A model generated the notes under the pieces. That model had not been told where the DNA came from, did not search any database, and worked only from the letters and a program-made list of their open reading frames with translations. A stretch of DNA of 64,000 nucleotides from NCBI GenBank assembly GCA_963701105.1, contig OY969565.1:583429-647428 (forward strand), read 5' to 3'. Shown in pieces: positions 30,784 through 38,249 of the stretch (position 1 is its first letter; each line of letters opens with the position of its first letter). Made by a program: the position numbers and the translations under genes. The stretch is from an uncultured Actinomycetota bacterium (GTDB taxonomy: Bacteria > Actinomycetota > Thermoleophilia > RBG-16-64-13).

Positions 30784-30811
30784 ACTTTACATAACATACA
30801 TTATCGTGCGT
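30784..30811 (-). other. dif: dif site (XerC/XerD chromosome dimer resolution)
   Basis: Minus strand ACGCACGATAA-TGTATG-TTATGTAAAGT vs E. coli GGTGCGCATAA-TGTATA-TTATGTTAAAT; AT-rich, intergenic, at the gene-strand switch. Confidence 0.88.
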
Positions 30812-30864
30812 AGCACGAAGCGTGCAGAAGGGAGGCTGAATCAAGCCGACCTGCTGTATCTCGC

Positions 30865-31743
30865 TTAGAAGAGCTTCTTGTGCAGTATGGTCTTGAGCCG
30901 ATCGAGGGCTTTGACCTGTTCACGCGACACTGTGCGTTGGGTCAAGCCCATCTCATCGGCCACCTGCTGCTGAGTGAGGTCCCCGAAGAAGACCAGACAA
31001 ATGATCTTCTTCTGCAGATCAGAGAGAACTCGCAGCGCGTCGTACAGCAGGATGCGGTCCTCGACGGGTAACGAGAAGTTCTGCGCCCGGATGGCCTTCA
31101 CCAGAGACTTGTCGACCGCGTCGTCGGACGACCCGTTGAGCGGTTCGTCGAGCGAATGCAGATTCGTCGCCCCGTAGACTCGGATGATCTCAAGGACACC
31201 TTCGGCCTGGATGTTCACTTTTTCGGCCAGTTCAGCGATCGAGGCCGAACGGTGATGCTCTTGAAAGAAGGCGGATTGGGCCTCCTGGATCCGAGTGTAG
31301 AGCGCATGCGCCCAGCGCGGTTGCCGAAGGAGAAGCGCGTCACGGAGATGGTGGCGCACTTCGCCGTCGACGATGGCCACGGCGTAGGTGCTGAAGGCAT
31401 GCCCGCGACTCGTCTCAAAGCGCTGAGCGGCCTTCATGAGGCCGATACGTGCCAGTTGGAACAGGTCCTCATAGGGTTCCGTGGTCCACGAGAAGCGCTT
31501 CAATGTGTGGTGCAAGAGCCCCTGGTTGACCTCCAGCAGGAGGTCGAGGGCGCGGAGGTCGCCCTTCTGGTATCTCTCCACCAGTTCTTCGTTGGTCCCC
31601 GCGGCGTGATTCCCCTCCATCGGAGTCTCAGCGTTCTCAATGGTAAGACCATTGCCTCCGGCCAGCGACCTGAGCCTCGCGCGAGCGCCGCCGGCCGGCG
31701 GGCGTGCGTCCAGCTGCGCCGCCACGGGTGCGGCAGTGCTCAC
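30865..31743 (-). CDS. Atypical group 3 sigma factor (SigB/F/G-like); alternative start ATG at 31620
   Basis: EDLFQLARIGLMKAAQRF..FSTYA..GEVRHHLRD, SLD, LTQQQVADEMGLTQRTVSR. Confidence 0.88.
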   Translation of the reverse strand: MSTAAPVAAQLDARPPAGGARARLRSLAGGNGLTIENAETPMEGNHAAGTNEELVERYQKGDLRALDLLLEVNQGLLHHTLKRFSWTTEPYEDLFQLARIGLMKAAQRFETSRGHAFSTYAVAIVDGEVRHHLRDALLLRQPRWAHALYTRIQEAQSAFFQEHHRSASIAELAEKVNIQAEGVLEIIRVYGATNLHSLDEPLNGSSDDAVDKSLVKAIRAQNFSLPVEDRILLYDALRVLSDLQKKIICLVFFGDLTQQQVADEMGLTQRTVSREQVKALDRLKTILHKKLF

Positions 31744-32954
31744 TGCACCAGCTGGAAGAGGTTGAAGATGGGCAGGTACATGGAGATGACCACCAGACCC
31801 ACTATGCCGCCGATGAAGATCATCATGATGGGCTCGAGGATCGAGGTCAGCGACTTGATGGCTGAATCCACCTCATCTTCGTAGAAATCGGCGATCTTGT
31901 GGAGCATCGTGTCAAGGGCCCCGGTCTCCTCCCCGATGGCTATCATCTGGGTGACCATGGGTGGGAACACGGAGACCTTCTCGAGCGGCCGGGCGATAGA
32001 GTCGCCGCTCTTGATATTCTCCTTCACGCCTTCCATCGCGTGTTCGATGACCGTGTTGCCTGAGGTACGGCCGGTTATCTCGATAGCCTGCAGAATGGGC
32101 ACGCCGGAGCTCACCAGAGTGGCCAGGGTGCGGCTGAAGCGCGCCACGGCGATCTTCTGGACGATAGGCCCGAGTTTCATGGGCAGGCGGAGTTTCGTCT
32201 TGTCCCAGGTCTCGCGACCGGTCTTGGTGGCCTTGAGTCGCTTGAGCCCGTAGATAGCCAGGAACATCGCCGGGAAGACCACGAACCAGAACGAACGCAA
32301 GAAGTCGCTGAGCGAGACCATGATGCGCGTGAGCAGGGGCAACTGGCCCCCGAGGTCGTTGTACATCGCCCCGAAGACCGGGATCACGAAGATGATCAGG
32401 GCGAAGAGCACGAGGATGGCGAACACCCCGATCATGATCGGATAGGTCATCGCCGACTTGACCGAGCGCCGCAGGCTGTCGTCTTTCTCCAACTGCGTGG
32501 CGAGCCGCTCGAGCGTCACGTCGAGCACGCCGCCCACCTCTCCGGCCCGGACCATGCTCACGTAGAGCCGGTCGAAGGCCACGGGGTGCCTCTCGAGAGC
32601 GTCTGAGAGTGGTGACCCCGCTTCTACGTCCTGCCTCACCTCGCTCAGGATCTTTCTGAAACGGGGATTCTCTGTCTGCGCCTCAAGAATGTAGAGGGCG
32701 CGCAGTAGGGCGAGGCCCGCCTTGATCATGGTAGCGAACTGGCGGGAGAAGATCACCTTGTCGTGGAGCTTGATGCGGGTGAATCCTTCCATGAGCTCAG
32801 AAAGGTCAGGAAGACCCTTCTGCTCTTCGACACTCAGCACCGTGAGCCCGCGCCGGCGTAACTCGGCGGCGACGGCCGCTTTGGAGTCCCCTTGGATCTT
32901 GCCCCGCGTCTGCGCGCCGGCGGACGGCTTGGCGGTATAGGAATAGGTGCTCAC
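31740..32954 (-). CDS. pilC: Type IV pilus platform protein PilC (GspF family)
   Basis: FSRQFATMIKAG, MVRAGEVGGVLD, SAMTYP, RFSRTLATLVSSGVP, MIAIGEETG, LEP. Confidence 0.95.
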   Translation of the reverse strand: MSTYSYTAKPSAGAQTRGKIQGDSKAAVAAELRRRGLTVLSVEEQKGLPDLSELMEGFTRIKLHDKVIFSRQFATMIKAGLALLRALYILEAQTENPRFRKILSEVRQDVEAGSPLSDALERHPVAFDRLYVSMVRAGEVGGVLDVTLERLATQLEKDDSLRRSVKSAMTYPIMIGVFAILVLFALIIFVIPVFGAMYNDLGGQLPLLTRIMVSLSDFLRSFWFVVFPAMFLAIYGLKRLKATKTGRETWDKTKLRLPMKLGPIVQKIAVARFSRTLATLVSSGVPILQAIEITGRTSGNTVIEHAMEGVKENIKSGDSIARPLEKVSVFPPMVTQMIAIGEETGALDTMLHKIADFYEDEVDSAIKSLTSILEPIMMIFIGGIVGLVVISMYLPIFNLFQLVQ

Positions 32955-33004
32955 CGCGGCCTCCCTGGTTGGAGTTCTCTGCTGGACATCAGCTGTGCTC
33001 CCAT

Positions 33005-34069
33005 CTACGCCGCTCCGGTCATCATCAGTCGAGTCAGATCTTCAGGATTCGAAGACTGTCGCTCGGCCAGTTCCCTGGTGATGAGCCTGCGACGAACGAG
33101 ATCTGCCAAGGCGGCGTCCATCGTCTGCATGCCGAATTTCGTGCCCGTCTGCATGACGGTGTAGATCTGGTGCGTCTTGCCTTCTCTGATGAGATTGCGC
33201 ACCGCCGGCGTGGGCACCAACACCTCGCAGGCGACGCAGCGACCGCGCCCGTCTCTGGTGGGAAGCAACTGCTGCGACACGATGCCCTGGATGGTAGAGG
33301 CGATCTGAACGCGTATCTGGTCTTGTTGGTGCGGTGGAAAGACGTCTATGAGGCGGTCGATGGTCTGCGGCGCGTCTTGCGTGTGCAGGGTGGCGAGGAC
33401 GAGGTGACCGGTCTCGGCCGCCGTGAGCGCCGTCTGGATGGTCTCGAGATCCCTGAGTTCGCCCACCAGGATGATATCGGGGTCCTGGCGCAGGACGGAC
33501 TTGAGCGCCCTGTTGAAGGATTTGGTGTCGCTTCCCACTTCGCGCTGGTTGACCACGCAGGACTGGTGCCGGTGCAGGAACTCGATGGGGTCCTCGATGG
33601 TCATGATGTGTTCGCACCGGGTGCGGTTGATCTCGTCGACCATGGCGGCGAGCGTAGTGGACTTGCCGGAGCCTGTTGGCCCGGTGACGAGCACGAAACC
33701 ACGCGGTTTTGCCGCCAACTCGTGGAGCACCTTGGGCAGGCCGAGCTCTTCGACGGACCGTATGTCGATGGGGATGAGCCGGAAGGCGGCCCCCAAGCTG
33801 TCGCGCTGGAAGTAGGCATTGACACGGAATCGGGCGCGCCCCGGCACGGAGTAGGAGAAATCGAGTTCCCAATCGGTCTCGAGCCGCTGACGCTGGTCTT
33901 GGGTGAGCACGCTGTACACCAGATCGCGGCTGTCGTTCGCGGTGATGACGGGATAATCCATCGCCTCGAGCCTTCCGCTCACTCTGAGCGTTGGCGGAAC
34001 ACCCACGGAGAGGTGGAGGTCCGAGGCTCCACGATCCAGGACTTCCTTTAAGATTTCTATCAGATCCAC
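33005..34069 (-). CDS. pilT: Type IV pilus retraction ATPase PilT
   Basis: ASDLHL, GPTGSGKSTT, TIEDPIE, LRQDPD, ETGHLV..TLHT, AVRNLIRE, GMQT. Confidence 0.95.
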   Translation of the reverse strand: MDLIEILKEVLDRGASDLHLSVGVPPTLRVSGRLEAMDYPVITANDSRDLVYSVLTQDQRQRLETDWELDFSYSVPGRARFRVNAYFQRDSLGAAFRLIPIDIRSVEELGLPKVLHELAAKPRGFVLVTGPTGSGKSTTLAAMVDEINRTRCEHIMTIEDPIEFLHRHQSCVVNQREVGSDTKSFNRALKSVLRQDPDIILVGELRDLETIQTALTAAETGHLVLATLHTQDAPQTIDRLIDVFPPHQQDQIRVQIASTIQGIVSQQLLPTRDGRGRCVACEVLVPTPAVRNLIREGKTHQIYTVMQTGTKFGMQTMDAALADLVRRRLITRELAERQSSNPEDLTRLMMTGAA

Positions 34070-34082
34070 TGCGTCCTCCCCG

Positions 34083-35804
34083 TCACACGATGACCCGGGC
34101 GATCTCTTCGATCGTGGTGCGGCCCTGCAGGACCTTCTCTATTCCGTCTTCCCGCAGATTCTTCATGCCCTCTGCCTGCGCCACTCGACTAATCTCATCG
34201 GCACTCTTGCGCTCGACCGTTAGCCGTTCGATAGCTTCTGTCACCAACATGACCTCATAGATGCCCACGCGGCCCTTGTATCCGGTGCCATTGCAGCGGG
34301 CGCAGCCGATAGGCTTGTACAGCTTCACGTTCTCCCAATCTTCAACGGCTTCAGGGGGGAAATCGTTGCGCCGGAGCATCTCTTGAGTGGGCTGATACTC
34401 CTCCCTACACGTGTCGCAGAGCTTCCGAGCCAGGCGTTGGGCAAGGACGCAGTCCACCGCGGAGGCGGTCAAGAAAGGCTCGACTCCCATCTCCGTGAGG
34501 CGAGACAGGGCGCCCGGCGCGTTGTTGGTGTGGAGCGTGGAGAGCACCAGGTGGCCCGTGAGCGCCGACTCGACGGCGATCATCGCCGTTTCTCTATCCC
34601 GGATCTCCCCGATCATCACGATGTCGGGATCGCAGCGGAGTATGGATTTGAGTCCAGAGGAGAAGGTGAGTCCGGCCTTGATGTTGGTTTGCACCTGGTT
34701 GATGCCGGCCAGGCGATACTCGACCGGATCTTCCACGGTAATGATGTTCTTCTCGGGCGTGTTCAGGATATTGAGCGTGGCGTACAGCGTGGTGGACTTG
34801 CCGGAACCCGTCGGGCCGGTGACCAGGATGGCTCCGTAAGGCTTTGTAAAGGACTTCTCGTAGCGGGCCAGACTCTTGGGCGCGAAACCCAGATCTTCCA
34901 GTCTGAGCATCACGTTAGACCTATCCAGCAGGCGGATGACTATCTTCTCTCCGTAGACCGTGGGGAGCGACGCCACCCTCATGTCGATGGGCTTGTTCCC
35001 CACCATGAGCCCGATACGACCGTCCTGGGGCACCCTCCGTTCGGCGATGTCCAGGTCGGCCATGATCTTGACTCGAGACAGTACGCCGGCCTGCATCCTG
35101 CGCGGGATCGACATCACCTCGTGGAGCACGCCGTCGTTACGGAAGCGCACCACCATCTCCTTGGCCTGGGGCTCGAAGTGTATGTCGGAGGCACCGTCGT
35201 CCGCCGCCTGCGCCATGACGCTGTTGACGAGTTTGACGATGGGAGCTTCGTCCATCTGCTCGCGGATATCGCGGACCTCGTTGGCCGACAGCTCGCCGGT
35301 GGGCACTTGGTCGTCGAGGTTCTCCCCCACGCTGTCGCCGAGCCTGCGGAGTTTTGAGATCTGGGTGAAGATGTCCTCTTCGGTGGCTATGGCGGGCTCG
35401 ATGTCGCAGCCGGTGAGCATACGCAGGTCATCGACGGCGAAGATGTTCGCCGGATCGACCATCGCCACCAGCAGGGTGTGGTCGTCAAGGTAGGAGACCG
35501 GGATGGCTGCGTAGCGCCGCGCGTCTTTCTCAGACACCAGGTTGGCCGCGGAGGCGTCGACGGTCATGGCTCCCAGGTCAAGGTGCCTGACCCCTAAGCG
35601 TTCGGCCAAAGCCACGCTGAGTTGTCCGGCCGTGAGCCAGCCGTGCTCGATCAGGATCTCGCCGATGCGGAGCCGCGAGGTCTTCTGCTCGGCCAAGGCT
35701 TGGTCGAGCTGCTGCGGTGTGATGAACTCCATCTCGATCAGGATCTCGCCGGTGCGTTTCTTGCCGAGCCGCCGTTGAGGTAACTCTTCTCGCGGAAGTT
35801 GCAT
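34083..35804 (-). CDS. pilB: Type IV pilus extension ATPase PilB with N-terminal MshEN domain
   Basis: MshEN-like tandem motif; ASDIHFEP, PQDGR, GPTGSGKSTT, EDPVE, Cys4 (CDTC..CARC), GYKGR; ATG overlaps the aroE stop. Confidence 0.94.
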   Translation of the reverse strand: MQLPREELPQRRLGKKRTGEILIEMEFITPQQLDQALAEQKTSRLRIGEILIEHGWLTAGQLSVALAERLGVRHLDLGAMTVDASAANLVSEKDARRYAAIPVSYLDDHTLLVAMVDPANIFAVDDLRMLTGCDIEPAIATEEDIFTQISKLRRLGDSVGENLDDQVPTGELSANEVRDIREQMDEAPIVKLVNSVMAQAADDGASDIHFEPQAKEMVVRFRNDGVLHEVMSIPRRMQAGVLSRVKIMADLDIAERRVPQDGRIGLMVGNKPIDMRVASLPTVYGEKIVIRLLDRSNVMLRLEDLGFAPKSLARYEKSFTKPYGAILVTGPTGSGKSTTLYATLNILNTPEKNIITVEDPVEYRLAGINQVQTNIKAGLTFSSGLKSILRCDPDIVMIGEIRDRETAMIAVESALTGHLVLSTLHTNNAPGALSRLTEMGVEPFLTASAVDCVLAQRLARKLCDTCREEYQPTQEMLRRNDFPPEAVEDWENVKLYKPIGCARCNGTGYKGRVGIYEVMLVTEAIERLTVERKSADEISRVAQAEGMKNLREDGIEKVLQGRTTIEEIARVIV

Positions 35805-36673
35805 CAGTGGCCTCGAGCCTTCGATCTCATCAATTGCACGGGTGCCGTCCTCCCAGTCCACAATTCGTACGAACGGGCGGCCTGTTGCACCAGCATCTCG
35901 TACCCATCCAGTGCGACAGCTCCTCGTATGTCCGCGGCGGCCAGGAGCGGAGTCGTGCGCGTCGAGCACACGATATCCATGACCGTCTGTCCGCCACGGA
36001 AGATATCGACAGGAACCGGGGTTCCCTTGACCTTCTCGTCAAGGCCGACGGAGGTCGCGTTGACTATCAGGTCGGCTCGGGGCCCGAAAGACAGAAGGTC
36101 GCTCTCGCTGAGGACGCGCGTGGGGACCGCGCTCCACGTGGAGGCCTCCCGGCATAGATCGCCCGCCCGCGCGGCGGTGCGGTTGTAGAGCCATATCTCC
36201 GCCGCACCGCCTGAAGAGAGACCGGCGATGACCGCCCGCGCCGCGCCGCCTGCCCCGATGACGAGACACCTGGCCCCGGCGGGCCCTCTCCCCCAGCCGC
36301 TCTCGAGCGCCGACAGGAATCCATGGACATCGGTATTGTGTCCGATGAGCCGACCGCCGCGGTTCACGATGGTGTTCACGGCACCGATGCGCTCGGCGAG
36401 GGGCTCGACATCGTCGAGGAGAGAGATCACCCGCTCCTTGTGGGGAACGGTCACATTCGCCCCTACGGCCCCGAGCGCCCGCAGCCCCGCCACCGCTGCG
36501 GTGAGATCCTCGGCGAGTACGTCGAAGGCGAGATAGACGAAGTCGAGTCCTTGGGAGACGAACGCAGCGTTGTGCATGGCGGGCGACCGGGAGTGGCTGA
36601 CGGGATGGCCGAGCAGGCCGATCAGCTTGGTAGCCGCTCCGATGACCGTGCCCCTCTCTTCGTCCACGCGCAT
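35804..36673 (-). CDS. aroE: Shikimate dehydrogenase
   Basis: GHPVSHSRSP.MHN, NVTVPHK, GAVNT, NTD, GAGGAA, NAT. Confidence 0.95.
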   Translation of the reverse strand: MRVDEERGTVIGAATKLIGLLGHPVSHSRSPAMHNAAFVSQGLDFVYLAFDVLAEDLTAAVAGLRALGAVGANVTVPHKERVISLLDDVEPLAERIGAVNTIVNRGGRLIGHNTDVHGFLSALESGWGRGPAGARCLVIGAGGAARAVIAGLSSGGAAEIWLYNRTAARAGDLCREASTWSAVPTRVLSESDLLSFGPRADLIVNATSVGLDEKVKGTPVPVDIFRGGQTVMDIVCSTRTTPLLAAADIRGAVALDGYEMLVQQAARSYELWTGRTAPVQLMRSKARGH

Positions 36674-36780
36674 GGTCCTTTCTTCTTGGGCCCAGGGGCT
36701 ACGCTAGCATGCGGATAGGACGTCGGTCCCCGGTCTTTCGTTGGTGATTGACCACCGTCGATCAGAGGCCGGCACAAACA

Positions 36781-37839
36781 TCAGGGAGCCGGCGCGTTCT
36801 CCTTCGCCTGAAGGAACTCGTCATACGAGGCCGTGAAGAAGTGGTGGCCCTCTGCGTCCACGAGAACGTAGTAGAGGAAGTCAACCGCCGCTGGTTGTAG
36901 GGCGGAGCGCATGGCCTCGAGGCCCGGACTGGCTATCGGACCAGGCGGCAGTCCCTTGACCTTGCGCGTGTTGTAGGGGGAATCCACCTCGAGGTCGCTC
37001 TTTGTGAGCGGCTCCGTCCATTTCTTCAACGCGTAACGGGTGGTCGCGTCGATCCCCAGTGCCATGTCCTTCTTCAGACGGTTGTAGATGACCGCCGATA
37101 CCTTGTCGCGTTCTTCGGGTACGCGGGCTTCTTTCTCGATCATGGACGCAACGATCACGACCTGATAGGGAGTGACGCCAAGGGCTTCAGCCGCGGCCCA
37201 GGGTAGGTCCGCCGTCTCATCGAAGAACGCGTCCAACTGCATCTGCATGAGTGTCTCCGTCGTCGTATCCTCTTCCAAGAGATACGTGTTCGGAAAGAGC
37301 AATCCTTCCAGCGACTTCACGTCGAGGGTCTTTCCCCCGAGCGTGGAGAGTGTGAATGACTCCGGCCTTTCTGCCGACTCCAGATATGTGTCGGCGTCGA
37401 GCCTCCGTTCGCTCCGCAGTCGCTCGGCCACCTGATCCACCGATAAGCCTTCTGGGATCGTGAGCTTGTAGGTGTTGCGAGGAGGGCCCTTCAGCAGCGC
37501 GGCTATCACGGATTTGTTGTCCTGGCCGGTGGTGAACACGTACGTGCCGGGTTTGATGCTCCCCCCGGCATCTTCCAGCCGCACTTGGACCAGGAAGGTG
37601 GTAGCAGACCCGATGATGCCTTCCCGCTCGAGGATCTTCGCGACGTCCTGAGCGCTGAATCCGGGAGGGATGACCACCTTACGGGTCTCGCCCGCCGCCG
37701 GCGCGACTGTGCCCCCGGTCCTTCTCTTCCAGACGTCAGACGAGGACACGACCGCGAAACCCGCGACCACCAGGAGGAGGAACCCGGCGGCGACGAAGAT
37801 GCGCCGCCCGCGGCGCGTGAGGCGGAACGATCCAGCCAC
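36781..37839 (-). CDS. mltG: Endolytic transglycosylase MltG
   Basis: TM helix, TIPEG, LEGLLFPNTY, ASMIEKEA, NRL..M.L.ID, SPYNT, GLPPGPI; start approximate. Confidence 0.93.
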   Translation of the reverse strand: MAGSFRLTRRGRRIFVAAGFLLLVVAGFAVVSSSDVWKRRTGGTVAPAAGETRKVVIPPGFSAQDVAKILEREGIIGSATTFLVQVRLEDAGGSIKPGTYVFTTGQDNKSVIAALLKGPPRNTYKLTIPEGLSVDQVAERLRSERRLDADTYLESAERPESFTLSTLGGKTLDVKSLEGLLFPNTYLLEEDTTTETLMQMQLDAFFDETADLPWAAAEALGVTPYQVVIVASMIEKEARVPEERDKVSAVIYNRLKKDMALGIDATTRYALKKWTEPLTKSDLEVDSPYNTRKVKGLPPGPIASPGLEAMRSALQPAAVDFLYYVLVDAEGHHFFTASYDEFLQAKENAPAP

Positions 37840-37841
37840 GA

Positions 37842-38246
37842 CTAGTCCTTTTGACCGGCGGTAGAGCAGTGATCCAAATAACCCTGCAACATGTGGCAGG
37901 CGGCCACCGAATCGATGGGCTCGCCTTTGGGCCGGCTGCCCCGCGCAAGTTTCGAGGTGAAACGCTCGTCCCATGTGGTTACCGGGAGAGGAGAGAGTGC
38001 GGCCAACCGTTCGACGAAGGCCTCGACGCTGCGGAGTTGCGCGTTCGAACCTCCCGAGAGTGGTCGAGGCAGGCCCACCACTATCGTGCCTGCCTGCTCG
38101 CGCTCTGCCGCCGCCAAGACCGCCGCCACGACTGCTTCGGGGTCCTTCTGGTGCAGGACGTCAAGCGGGCGACAGCTGATGCCGAGTGGATCGGACAGTG
38201 CCATTCCCGTGCGCGACCCCCCCACGTCGACGCCCAGGAATCGCAT
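37842..38246 (-). CDS. ruvX: YqgF/RuvX pre-16S rRNA nuclease
   Basis: LGVDVG..RTGMALSD, VVGLP, DERFTS, IDSVAA..LQ.YL. Confidence 0.93.
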   Translation of the reverse strand: MRFLGVDVGGSRTGMALSDPLGISCRPLDVLHQKDPEAVVAAVLAAAEREQAGTIVVGLPRPLSGGSNAQLRSVEAFVERLAALSPLPVTTWDERFTSKLARGSRPKGEPIDSVAACHMLQGYLDHCSTAGQKD

Positions 38247-38249
38247 GGT

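Noticed and set aside
30777-30803. Sigma28/WhiG-like promoter TAAT-15-TCCGATAA on the - strand
   Set aside because: Mismatched in both boxes and mostly made of the dif site itself, so probably coincidental
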